From assembly GCA_003344405.1 (NCBI GenBank), contig NOWV01000182.1, positions 1-64,000 on the forward strand: a DNA stretch of 64,000 bases, written 5' to 3'. The notes beneath the pieces are model-generated. The model had not been told where the DNA came from and ran no database searches. It was given only the letters and a program-made list of their open reading frames with translations. Origin of the DNA: Trichoplax sp. H2 (taxonomy: Eukaryota). The translations under genes and the position numbers were made by a program. Below are positions 50,801 to 64,000 of the stretch, one piece after another. How positions within the stretch are numbered: position 1 is the first letter of the stretch; the number at the start of each line of letters is the position of its first letter.

Positions 50801-53301
50801 CCAACCATAATACTCAATAAAAGAAGCAAGGGCCTTACTTTTGGCAGTAGATACTGGAAACATTCGAAGTAGGAAATTATAATTTGGACTGTTAACTAGA
50901 TTTGCATCTACTGTATTAGGTGCAATGTGTGGCATATGCAACTTTGAGCAAGCAATTTGAGTTCCGACAGCTGCACTTGGAAGTATTGGTCCGATGATAG
51001 CTACAACTCCTTCATTCATGGCGTCACATGCTAATTTCAGATCGAAATTAAGATCAGCCAAAATACGTCTATCTTTAAATAATCATAGTGTCTGTTTTAT
51101 TACAATCTACTTTCACTCACCTTTATGGAAATTATCGTATGGGCTATATAAGTCTGCGATATGAAATGATGCGGATATCTTGCTGTGATTCAACTTAATA
51201 TCATCAATCTCATTACTATTAATCATATCTAGAGCTAATTGAACAGCTCGTTCTATTTTATTATATCTCTCAGGTAGTAGAATCCCTACATGATGAGCGA
51301 AATAAGAGACTTATTTACGAATGCAAGCTTATACAGGCATACTAATATGCAGTATAGCAGTGAAATATAACGCTAATAATACTCGAAAGGATGACTGAAT
51401 TAAATTCTCTTTTAATGCTATTATGTGGCCTCTAAATCCATTGCAAAACTAACGATTTGTCAATAACATGAAAAATTTATTGATCAATACTGTAGATAAT
51501 TGTATCTCCTGAATAAAATCAGAATTTCTGTTTCGTAGAAATCTTGTCTAACTTTCCGGTACTAAAATTATGAGATAACGAAAACAAAGCAAGAAATAAT
51601 TTAAAGTCTTTAGTTACAGTGCTCATCTAGAAAACTAAATATGCTTATAAGTTATTAAAATTAATAACCTAATATATATGATGCCAATCCGGTCTAAATT
51701 ATAGGAAATCACTAAATTACAGCAAATAGCCTGCAACTAAAAGCCAGAACAGATCTGGTACTAGTAATAAGTTATTATCGAGTTAGCCTATTTACAGTAT
51801 TATACGCTAATGCTAGATCAAATTAAGTAATTCAGTCATTCATTAATTCAAACATTACGTAAACAGATAGAATACTGTTTAGACGCATGCAATTATTAGC
51901 ATTGCAGGTAAGTTTATTATCTACTTTATTAAATGATAATAAAATTCACATAAAAGCAAACGGATCTAAAGTATTCGACAACTTAAATGCATTAGTACCA
52001 ATAGCTGGCAAAATACGGTAATGTACATAAGATTTTGTTGTTAACCGATTATTATTAACTGATAATTTTTTTATTTTTTACGATATTAAAACTTTACTAT
52101 TAAAATGCTTTAAGTAATAGGTACAATAAAATACCAAAAAATCTATGAAGGATATAATAATTAATTTAGAAATTAATTTGCGAAAACATTCTTCAACACT
52201 TTTCAAACCACAAATATAACGTCAGAATAATTAAAACTCTGTAATATCATACAAAACATATATCTAAAAATCACAGGTACATAATATACGGCAAGTTTCA
52301 TTAACGATTATGATCTTATTTATTAGCCATTGAAAAAATACCTCTTTTCTCATATACCGTAGTCAAATAACAAGCTCATCGGCTGACAATCTCTTAAATT
52401 CGACTTATGGAGTAATAAGGCACCATTTAGAGCAATCTTTAACTCTATTTTAACTCTATTTTAATGTTAGAGCTTGAATACAAGTAATTAAATCCCTGTT
52501 TAGATTAAGTCCCTAGGAATCCTTGACTATTTACGCGTACTATTCGTATTAAACTAATATAAATTAATTCTGCTATGAAAAGTCATCTTTAACTCCATTT
52601 AATGTTAGAGCTTGAATACAATTAATTAAAACCCTGTTTAGGCTAAGTTCATAGGAATCCTTGACTATTTACGAGTACTGCACGTATTAAATGAATATAA
52701 ATTAATTTCGTTATGAAAAACCTAGCAAAAACACATAATTTTATGAGATATGTATGGAAGATCAGATGACAAAATATCATATTTAAATGCAGACAAACAT
52801 TCGATACTTATGATGTATCTGCTGTATATGTGGAATGATTCGGCAGTCTTTTAGTACACTAAAATCTAAGCTATCTCCATCAAAATCTACGTGATTAAAA
52901 TAAATCAGTTTCGTTTTATATAAAATTTAATTATTTTTATGAGCAACATTAAAGGAAAATCAGATTTCGTATGTGTCTATGGCTAACTATAGACAGTCTT
53001 TAATACTTTTAGTATATCTATAATGCATACTTTACCAAATATCGAATAATGCATCATCTTTTAATGCATCAAGTTTAATTTTTACCTATCGAAGTCTATA
53101 AACTAACATTAAATCTGATGCTTACAGTATTGTGCCTATTAAATGTAGTTCGTCACCTATCAGTAATATAATTTCAGATCATATAAGAGTTTTACATTAC
53201 TCACCAAGGCGATATGTTGCTTTTGTCCTAACGTTAACCCCGGCAACTAAACCTACTGATCCACAAAATAATGGGAAATAAATGAAAAATGATGCTAACA
53301 T
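44857..53301 (-). CDS. Ionotropic glutamate receptor-family subunit 'iGluR-2', about 921 aa, 14 exons, divergent ligand pocket and pore
   Basis: Exons 53301-53205 (MLASFFIYFPLFCGSVGLVAG..ATYRLG), 51285-51121, 51030-50764, 50516-50379, 49892-49768, 49447-49328, 48302-48141, 47976-47872, 47776-47645, 47146-46940, 46480-45940, 45807-45426, 45317-45143, 45006-44857 (2766 nt in frame). Exon sizes match the paralogs. An assembly gap lies in intron 6. Ends STMI*. Confidence 0.92.
48589..49310. repeat. Duplicated sequence around a 20-N gap (48856-48875); the right contig begins with a dispersed-repeat fragment
   Basis: 48589-48855 matches 49043-49310, and 48876-49038 matches 19765-19930. Confidence 0.85.
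52435..52720. repeat. Diverged tandem duplication (unit about 140 bp) in iGluR-2 intron 1
   Basis: TTTAATGTTAGAGCTTGAATACAA...TAGGAATCCTTGACTATTTACG...TATGAAAA occurs at about 52435-52582 and 52586-52720. Confidence 0.85.
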
Positions 53302-56300
53302 TTCGTATTTTCTAATTACTTGGTGTCGGAGCAAATTCTCGATCTTTATCTAAATGACAGAAATAAGCACAACGTTGATTAAATAACGTATTCTTTAATA
53401 GCGCAACCTTTAAAATTGACGCATTCAATATTTTATGGATACGTACAAATCATTAAAAGTTAATTGTCAAAACCTTGGATAATAGCTTGCCATGTAACAG
53501 TTAAATTTTTAACTTACTTAGATTCTCCAATGAGATTTATCATAGCTAGGACTTGGAAGTCTGATCAAAAATAGGGATCTGTAGTAAATAGCCCTTATTA
53601 TTCAATTAGACTCTTTTGCAACATCTACCTTTAGAAGTCCATCCCACAACAAAGTAATCTTACCAATTGAATTATTCGAAATAATTTATAAATAAGTATG
53701 ACATTCTCTACTCCAATTAGTTTCAAATCATATGATTAAACTTGTTATGATTTATGTACAATTAATTACTGCAATATTGTAATACTAGAATTTAATTTTT
53801 TCAGTCTCGTCACTACTTTCCTCAAGTAAGCACCAAAGAAACATAATACAAAATTATAATACTAAAGATATTATATGCGTAAAACTATGATCGATCTGAG
53901 ACTTGGTTGGATCAATGCGTACATTATCAGACAACTTTAGAATTATAATTTAATACAGACTCATTAATGATGTTAGAAAATCGATCGTTCTCGCCAATAA
54001 ATAGAGTTTACTGTATAGAAAACAACATATTGTTATAAATTTTGATGTAAAATCTCTAATTATGGGGGACAAAGTAATGCATTATTGACAGTAGAAAAGT
54101 TTAACGGCGTGTATTGCATCAGCATAAATGACAACCTTCCGATTTTAATTCATAATTTTCCTCTTAATTCTATTCCTTTTGTAACAATCTTCAGGCTCGA
54201 ATTATTTACCAGAAAAATTATCATTTGGAGTTTAATACACATCCGCCGAAAAGATGAGAATAAATAGATGCATATAATATGATTCCGTTATAAATTATTG
54301 AATGCAGTCAGTATCTCGTTTTTGAAATAAATATGGACCTAACTAATAATGCTTTATGTAGATTTTCAAGTATAGTAGCTACAGTAGAGGACAGAATGAA
54401 AACATTTTTATAGTCCTGTAGTATGTATTCGTAGCATGTATACGCTGCTGCTAAAATTCAATGACTTGTATTGCAAAACATTACGATTAGAAAATTTTAT
54501 TGGTTATACGATTGGGAAACATTAGTCAGTCATTTATAGATACTAAATTATTCGTATATTGTTAATAATGCATAGTAAAAATAAATAGGTAACTTCTAGA
54601 CATGATATTGCAGAGCAAACAAGAAATCGTTTCTGTGGTAGCAAACAGTGTATTTTAGATACTTTAGACATGTGTTGTTTCAGTGTTAGAAATGCATCCT
54701 TACACAAGTCCAAAGATCATCGTACTGATATTAAAGAAATCTTGGTCAAAACCACAAATTTGTGTTGACTTATCTTTATTTTACAAGTAAAAATTTAATC
54801 AACTTTTAGTGAAAACAATAGGTAAACTATGATTTTACTAATTTATAATAACTTCCTAACAAGAATTTTCTGAATTGAATAACATACAAATCGTTCAAAT
54901 AAATACGTTAAGAAAAGTTTCATTTCTATATATTAATTATAGGCATCATTAGTGTCGCCGTTTTCAAATGGCATTGCTGGTGAAATCATCTTAAAGACAC
55001 AAAAATTGGAAACTGCTAACTATTGAATAATCATGCAAAATACTATATTTATACTAATAATCCATTGCAAACTCATTCTGCAATCCTCAAACACCATAAC
55101 AGCTAATGAGGAGTTCAAATTCTGTTTAAATTTTAATCTTTATTTTCGATAAAGATGGATTATTACTGTACTTAGTGCTATGGAATCTTCTAGTATTGAA
55201 GTCGGTTAATCACTCATTATCGTTAAAACTATCTTGGAAGTGCAAGTGTACACTCTAGAAATATTAGTTATATTGATGAGGTCAAAGCAATAATAATTAT
55301 AGTAAACTACGGTTTGAGACCTAACTAAGGTATTCGCTGATTGCTCGAGGTACTCTGACTAAAGTTCAAAAGATACACTTACGATGGGATTAAGCTTCAT
55401 TATTCAGCGGTAGTAACCAACTGCTATAAGAGATCTCTTATAATTGCAACTAGGACATCCGTAAGTGTATTCAATCTCCGCTATTTGGTACTCCTCTAAT
55501 TTATAAACATGTGTACTTTTATGTGCGATTAAATTAAGTTTGGTACAGTTTCAAATTAAAATACCGTAACAAACCGATATCGACATAACTCATGCAGTAT
55601 TAAGTTGGGTGATTAGCCTCAAGCTACACCGTATCGAAATCTCGATGAAGCGCTAACAAGCAGCTTCATTTTAAACTAATACTACAGAATCGTAGCAATG
55701 TTATAGTCTATTCTTAGAACAAATTGCCTTCGAGGATGGAAGCATATTTCACTATTTGATTTACCGTATCTATAAAAATTCACCCTGTAGTACAACGTTT
55801 ATACTCAGTGGTGATAAAGTGCCTACATAATAATAAAACAAGAACTACCTTACAATTTCTTGTAAATAGTACTTTATTGCATAAATTAGATTTGTCTAAT
55901 AAGTCTAACAACTACCAAGGACTAGCTAATTACGATCCGACTACCGCATCTCAATATTATTACAGCAAATCCAACATTTACATGCAATCAGTTACGGAAA
56001 GATTCTTTTAGCAATACAATCACATCCTGCTAATTACATCGTAAGATTAGTTTTAATTTTCTATCGTGATCTAGCTATCTACGTTTAATTTATCTATTTT
56101 CGTACAATTGCATATTAATTTTTAATCTTATGATGTTTAGGGCTGCTCTATATCAAGTCTAAGACTGAAGTAATTTATTCTGATCACTTTTTTTTGATAT
56201 AAACACTCTCCTATCATACTTCCGTTATTCTAAAAGCAATTTTTATAATTACTTGGACGCACAAATCGTTCAATACGCCGAACATGTATATACTATATGA

Positions 56301-56588
56301 ACAAGTTGTTACAACGATTTATCATGTTCACACTAGAATAATGATTAAACGTATGACTAGTACTTATGAAAAAAGGACTTCTTGTATTACTTTAGTACCG
56401 TATAGAAATAGTCTTGTATTATTAGCTAAGCTAGGTAATATAAAATAACTGCAAGTAGGCAAGATGCTATAGGCACAGAATACTGATGCATTTGTAGCAA
56501 TAAATTTCTTTCCATTAATGTATTCATTTGCCTTATAAAAAGCACTTTATAAGTACGATATCCGTATCATCTCTTGCAAGGCGGTAGT

Positions 56589-59500
56589 TTATATTAATGT
56601 TGACGTCCTTTTAGTCTTAGTCACGCTTAACTCTCCTGTATTGCATCTGTCTGTTTTATCCTTACAAAATGTCGCTGAAAATGAATCATTTATGATATAT
56701 AGAAATCGTTTCTTTACGGCGCCTGCAAAGGATATCTAATTAAGGAATAAATTAGACGTATCAGAAAATTTCCTAAATAACTTGTACTAACTCATGTATT
56801 GATTTAATGTATCTTTTGCCAGAAATTCAATCTTAAATAAATTTGATTACCTTCATATAATGCCTTCGAGTATCCTTGATAGCAGCCACAATCCATTCGG
56901 TAATCAGTATGGCAAAGCTAAATCCTACCGTTGCCAACAGTATATAAAATACCCCGATTAAACTTTCAAATTTAACAGGATCATGACTTGTTGATTCAGA
57001 AACGGCTTTGCACTTCCCTTCGAACCTTTTCCCAATCAAATTAATTATGATTATAAATCGTCACCAACAATATTATCACTGTCATATGTAGCAGCTAAAA
57101 TACTCGTAGCGCTATAATATTGCAGATGATTATTAATTTTTATGTAATTTGGTGTAGTACGGTACCTCGCATAATGATAAGTAGAAATATGCGATATTAT
57201 GTGTTAACATCCGTACGGTATGAACTGTATATAGGTTAGCAGGTAAATAAGGTCGAGCTTATAAAATAAAAGATATCTTCTCTGCAGCGATCTACGCGTT
57301 AGATTGCGTTACTATGGTGATGAAATATTTAATATTCACTTTACTTAAGAATTAAAGAATAATAATTATTTCTTACTAAATACCATTTTGTCTGTAAAGT
57401 TTCCAGAAACCCTTCCTCACGAAATCTTAATATTTGAATGCTGACTTCTTTCCAGTAAAGCGATTCTTTTGGTAGCGCCAAGCCAAAGCTGTCTTCTTTA
57501 AAACTTCCAACTGTAGTCAAATTACAATACTGACTTTTGGCATATTTAAGTACTGCAGCATCTCCAATATACGCATAATGCTCAGTTGTACTAGAAAGTA
57601 CGCGCTGAACACCTTCCATATTGCTACGAACATTCTTTAAATTATGCTTCATTTCCTGATAAGGTGAGACAGCAGTGTTCAAGAAGAAATATTCAATGCT
57701 GCTATTCGCTAAAACTCCATATCCCATGCCTGAACTTTTTGCCAAATCATGTAAGGAATTAAATGCTAATGAAATTTTTTAGTATTTCCAATCATATAAA
57801 TAAAAATAAATGCAAATATTCTGTCAGAACGAAATCAATACAATCAAATCAGGCTAGCCTTAGCAATAGCTAATAGATGTAAAAAGTTCAATAATGCTAC
57901 TAATTTAGTTTACTGATGGCATGCTACATACTAGTTTGTAAACTGCTGACAGTCAAAAAGGCAGTTAAATTAGCAGTGTAGGTAGCAATAATAATAACAG
58001 AAGATAACCACCAAATTGCTGTAATTAAGCGTGCTGATATCGATCTTGGTGTTCTATCAGCCCCTTGGGACAGAAAGGATCCCAATGTATACCACAAAGT
58101 ATTCCCAAACGAAAAGGCTTCCAATGCTTCTTCCTTCTCCATTTGCCAATAGTCATAATTATGCTGTAGTTTGCTTTCACTTTGATAGCGATCTTCCAAC
58201 ATTTGTAGCTTTTCTGCAGCTTTACCATAATAATCGAAAGGACTCCATCGATTCATACATGTAGTCGCTATTGCTACCACTATCAGTGATATTAAAATTC
58301 CAATCCAAACTTCAATTTTAAGGGGTAAAAATGCTTGAAATAAAGAATTGGCCTCATTTTTTTTCGTTAACGTTAAGACAGTTAAACCTTGATTCATGAA
58401 TGGCATAGTAAAATCTAGTGCTTGTTGTCGTTCTGGGGTTATGGAGAGTGGTGCAGCGGCCATATCGGCTATCTATTAAACAACCAGAAAGAGCGTTGAG
58501 GGAAGAATAGCCATCTACACTGTAATAATCTGTCACTAGTAAGTGAGCAAAATTTTCGACAATATTAACTAAGCAGACCACCGTAGTCATTTAGTAAGGT
58601 AATCATAGCTTGTCTACTTAGCGTTAATACGTGTATTGTATACGAAAAGTGAGTATAAGATCTAAAATAAATCATATATTTAGCCATATAGTAATACTTG
58701 TAATGGTTATGTCATGATTTACATTGATTCAGATATCATGACTGATTACAACCAAATCATTTATAATGTAATTAACATGAATTCCAAGTGAGTCTTTACA
58801 TTAGACCTCACGAGACAATGCAATAGATAGATTTAAATTGATTTATGATTTAGTTAGTAAAATTTTCATTATCTCGTATCGGTGTTGTCTTATAGTAATT
58901 CTTTCAGTACTGTAACTGTAACAAATTTGGATTGATTAAATTATTTAAGATCTATTAAAAAAATGGGATCTATGTACGTTGTATTGAATATTTATATTTA
59001 GCAGATTGAATCTATATCTGATGTCTTTACTGTAGCCCTTATGAAAGAATATGCCTTTATTGGATTTAGATATCACAACTGATATTTATAATATATCAAT
59101 ATTATCCGTATATTTTCTCTTTACTGTAATCTTTGTAAAGTTAACCGATCTGTTCGCGTTTGTATTCGCGGTGATCCTTGTAAAAACGTTACAGTTTAAA
59201 TTAATTTAGATATGATACCCGGTACCTGATTAATAACTTATAATTGGATGGATAAGACTTGGATACGCAGTATTGTTTATTTGTTATATATTGCTAGTAT
59301 TGTTCAACGATTAGATATGTAAGAAGTGATGTAAAATCGAGGTTGTAAGATTAAATCAGTATCGTAAAACGGATTAATTTATCTGCAGCAGGAATTATAG
59401 TAGCCTGATTCTTGTTCAAGATACCAACTGTTAAATATTTAAAACATCAATATTATCTATCGTAGAAATATTTACTACTTCGTAACCTTGTATGAGACCA

Positions 59501-62500
59501 ATAGCATAATATTTTATGCATCTATCGGCTAACATCTGTATCATTATTGACAAAACGTAATTACGATCCTATTTATAATAGTGGGTAAAGTTACATAATA
59601 GTATGGTACTTACCCCATCTATCACTTCGCCTATTACGCCGGTCCATTTTAACGCTCCATTTTTGTCGGTGTATTGTGAACCATACTGACCATCGGCAAC
59701 TATTCTTATTTTATAAGTAAAATTTAAATTCTTACTCATTTCATCGAGTAAATCAATAATATAGCCTCTGTATTTTCTGCCAGTTATAGCATAATCTCGA
59801 TCTGCCATTGTGAATGGCGCATCCTAAGAAATAGAACATAAAATTTAGCCAATTTAGGTTATACGATTGCACCGCAAATATGTGCTGTAGATCTAATCAA
59901 TTCCTTGCTCATTTGAATTTATCCTGTGCCATAATACGATTATCTTAATACATGCAAAGTAGATAGCAGCTTTCGATTACTAAAAAATAATGTATGCGTA
60001 TTATCTTTTACGTACAATTAGGAGCAAAACAACTATGTTAATAACTATATGTGCAATTAGGATGGCTCTTTACGACATCTTGCAAATATTTTAAACGCCT
60101 GCGATTCCACCTAATACACGATTAAATAAATTCATTAACAAAACTATAGAACAAACTTACCAAAATTGTGGTCACAGTCAAAGTTTTACCACCAATAAAT
60201 GAACCAGAATCTAAAATATGATTGACTCCGTTAAGAAAATAGATTCGATTGCGATCTAGAATTAAGTTGCGATGGTTAGTCCAACTTCCAACCTAAATAA
60301 GCACATGCAATCTGATAAGAAATTACTGACCAAAAATCTTCCAGTAGACTACTAAAATATAGGCATAGAGGTAATATTAGCTATTACAAGTTTCGTGACT
60401 ACCTTAGCCCATGATTGACCATGTAAATTGATAATATCGTAGCCGACATTGCTAGGACCACCATTTGCATTGAAATTGATTGATGAGGTTGTCGATGGCC
60501 CTGAAGCCTGAGGAAGGAAAATCCAAGTAAATTTCAATATTTTCTGATGTTCATATTCTAAATTTGTATTGAAATAGGTTTGCACACGATAACTACTCGT
60601 AAACTGATCTTATTAAGTAAGAAAGATAGTGATAAAACAGACCTTTTTAATGAAATGAAACATTTGATGACCTTGCTTCCAGGGCTTTGGATTAGATTTA
60701 TCACAAATTACCTTAGCTGCCTTTGGCAGCTTCCCCTCGCGCACCATGGCTTGAATGCCATAGGCAACAGCCAAAACAGAATCAAAATAATGGAGATATA
60801 GGGGCTAGGTTGTAGGAAAAGATCGGAGAATAATTTAACTTGGAAACGCAGATCAATGCGTAAAAAAATAATCAAACTACAGTAATAAAAATTATTTTAC
60901 TCGGGTTTTACACCAAACTTTAAATGATCTATTGATACCAAAGTTTTAACTCAGATTAGATATTAATCATAAACTACTACGCCATTTTATACTATATAAC
61001 ATTCTAGCAATTTCTATAATAATTTTGGAGATCGTTTATAATACCTCTATAGTTTCATTGTAGCGAAGGTAATACCTGGCTGATACGTTCTGATATAGCT
61101 TTCCCCGATTATTATGATATGCTAATCCAATTAAACCATTCAAATTAGGAGGTAGCTGAGAAGTCTAAAAAGATTGAAAAGAGAGGTCACTGTATAAGAC
61201 ATAAGTTTCCCACATTTAATAATCATCTCTTATTTTTTGACTTTTGTGGTTTTAGATTTCAGTTACGTTCATCTCTATGGTAATCTCAATCTAATTTTGT
61301 CGCATACAACATTAATATTTACTTCTGTTGCCATCCTACATTTATTGAGGATCTGTTGGGCTGCTATCTAGTGAAACTCTGAAAGAATTGCAGCAGCTTC
61401 TACTGAGTTATCAGTACTAATTTTAAATACCGTAGTTGCTGTGCAATTTTTGTAGGCCACCAGTAAAACATTTCATTGAGCAAAATATAATTCAAGCAAC
61501 TACGTTGGATGATTGGCGCGATCTGTATACTGTACGTATCCTAACTAGCATACTTTTGAACTGCGTATACCTCTGCAGCTATAGCATCTACTGCTATCCA
61601 ACACCATCCGCTATCCATCATTCCCATCTCTCGTGCACGTTCAAAAATTTTTAATGCTTCAGACGTTAAACAATTAATAATGACTATCCTTGCGCCTTAA
61701 AAAAGAAATGGACATGTGGTTATTTATATGACAGAACTGTCGAAAATAGAATAGTCTACAAACACCTGTACTTTATTTTAAGACATCTAGACTGTACACT
61801 AAGCTGCAGAAAAGCGCTTCTAACTACAAACTTTACAGCCTTATATATATACTACGGCAGGCCAACAGTGTTGTGTATTAGTGAAAATTGTAAGACTAAT
61901 ACTTAAAGCTCGGACCATACGCTAATGTAATTACCTCACTAAAGACTACCTGAAATTTGCTGTAAAACGTACAACTTGTGGTACTGTGGTGTAATAAAAT
62001 ATTAGAAAATGCTTCGGAAGAATCTAAGTGGGATAAAACTCGGATGTTGCACAGCATCTAGAATGTTGAATCTGTCATCCTCAAAATATAATTTCTTATC
62101 AAATTACCTGATTTTTTAATGCTCAGCAAGTTGGTTTCGATATCCAATAAATTTCCAGCTTGATCTATCTTAAATAGCTCAAATGCTAATATTCTCCAAG
62201 ATTTTCTCGATGCAATTTCCCGAAATTTCGATAAAACGCTAACACCTAGTACAGATACAAGGGAAAATGAAGCAATCAAGCATCTATAACTTGATAATGT
62301 TTATAAAAGTTAATTTACCCGGGAAAAGTAGACTTATCCCTAGTTAATCATATACAGTCTTCCATAAATAAAACTAGATTTGTATCAAACTTCTATCTCT
62401 TCTTGATTTCATTAAATTACAATTTGCCTATTCATTCATTTATCATAGAAACATTTTACGATACCAAAATCCGTATTAGATGCTAATATAGCCACTTTAG

Positions 62501-62972
62501 TCCATCCATAATACTCAATAAAAGAGGCTATAGCTAAGCTTTCAATAGTGGATACTGGCAACATTCGAAGAAGATAAGTATAACTTGGATTATTCGCCAG
62601 GTTAGCGTCGGTAGCAAAAGGTGCAATATGGGGCATATTTAATGTTGAGCAAGCAAATTGTGCTCCTATGGTAGCACCGGATACTAATGGTCCAATGATA
62701 GCCACAATTTCTTCTTTCATAGCATTACAAGCTAGTTTTATAATTAAGAATTGGTCAACCTAAACTCTTTAGCAATAAATCTAGTGTAGTTTCAAATCGA
62801 TCTCTACCTTTGTGAAAATTATCATAAGGGCTATACAAGTCCGCTGTATGAAATGTCGTGGAAAGTCTGCTGTGATTTAACTTAATATCAGCGATTTCAT
62901 TTCCATTAATCATATCAATAGCCAGCTGAATGGCGCGTTCAATTTTAGTATATCCTCTAGGTAATAAAATTC
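56589..62972 (-). CDS. Ionotropic glutamate receptor-family subunit 'iGluR-3', 5'-partial (signal-peptide exon not found in window), glycine-type pocket
   Basis: Exons 62972-62808, 62731-62465, 62245-62108, 61695-61571, 61164-61045, 60804-60643, 60507-60403, 60292-60161, 59823-59614, 58472-57932, 57765-57384, 57025-56851, 56735-56589. Same exon sizes as the paralogs. APLSITPER, LWYTLGSFLSQGAD, TYTANLTAF; ends STLI*. Confidence 0.92.
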
Positions 62973-64000
62973 CTGAGAATAGAGAAATATGTAAAACGTG
63001 AGGTGTTGCAATGACAATTAAGATTTAATTTTTGATGATAATTTTTATAGCAAGAATTGCGACTTTCAGTAATTTACAGTTTAATGCAAGAATGCGTCAG
63101 TAATTTGTTTTACAATGAGTAACAGAAATTGAAAGTCTCACTACTATGTAACTGTAGGTAAGATTCTTTCAAAAATACGCACTCAACCCAGTATTTCCTT
63201 CAATGTACAGAATTTAAATACAGTACTGTAGATCAACGATTAATTAAAACAGCTTGATGAGATTATATCTTATGTAATCATAGAGCTAGACGAAAATGTA
63301 ATATAAAATTGAGATGCTGATGGCGCACTATACCGGTAGATAGTCAAACACCATTACCTCTTACATTATTAAGCTCCAAAAGAATGAAGTAACGTTGAAT
63401 ACGGATAAAAGGCAAGAGACAAAACGATACAAATGCATAAGACATTTAACTGTCAGGTCAAATTTAACTAGCATTGTCAAGAAATAGAACTTGTTGAGTA
63501 TATCACCGAACTAGGCTCTAGATGCTTATATTGACATATAATGGCTTACAACGCAGCAGTATAATCGCTTAAGCAGTCGAATGAGATCAAATCTTAAATC
63601 ATCATAAAAACCATAGATATAATGCAAAACATATCCGCTGGATATTTACATTGGAGTAGAAATATGATGTTGCAAAACCCTTTCGATAATTTAACAAACA
63701 GTTGTAGCTTTGTCTTTTTATTAATTTAAAAGAAATGGAATATAAATACTCATACATTTGGTATAACGTGGATTGTTGATTCTGAATAAAGTTTATAACG
63801 TAGACGGTTTAATTTTAATTCTTTGGTTATAATTATTTCTAAATGGAACACAGTAAACCTCGCCAATGGGATAATTTTTAAACGACAGTACCAGCAATGC
63901 TACCCGAATTTATTCTTAAGTTATACTCATACTTTACGTAAAATGGCTAAAAAATAAATCAGTAATAATTTCTTTCTAATAACTAAAATCAGTTGCTCCA

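Noticed and set aside
44857-53301. iGluR-2 as a pseudogene
   Set aside because: No stops or frameshifts, all splice sites are canonical, and exon sizes match the paralogs. The N gap is intronic.
62973-64000. Exon 1 of iGluR-3
   Set aside because: No ATG-signal peptide-phase 1 donor candidate was found. Intron 1 is 1.9 and 3.4 kb in the paralogs, so it probably lies beyond the window.

Overview
AT-rich, intron-containing animal genomic DNA. Gene content and compact gene structure suggest an early-branching metazoan such as the placozoan Trichoplax; this is an inference. The window holds two tandem gene arrays facing each other tail to tail. On the + strand (1-30.4 kb) are three complete ADAM (reprolysin/disintegrin) metalloprotease genes with intact zinc sites, plus the 3' end of a probable fourth paralog. 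None has the canonical ADAM transmembrane helix plus cytoplasmic tail. All end in a GPI-anchor-type signal placed after Ser/Thr mucin-like stalks of very different lengths (about 25, 40, 160 and at least 300 aa). One stalk is built from seven frame-preserving microexons, another from a minisatellite exon. On the - strand (32.0-63.0 kb) are three paralogous ionotropic glutamate receptor-family genes. Two are complete with 14 exons; the third lacks exon 1 in this window. They have non-glutamate-type ligand pockets, S/L/S at the Q/R/N pore site, a TYTANLTAF gate and C-terminal T-x-I PDZ-type motifs. One paralog lacks the acidic residue that binds the agonist amino group. Also present: a decayed Crypton-like tyrosine-recombinase relic, a foldback palindrome, small duplications, and two 20-N gaps flanked by duplicated sequence that look like haplotype overlaps. 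All exon boundaries were read by eye from GT-AG sites, frame and paralog homology.
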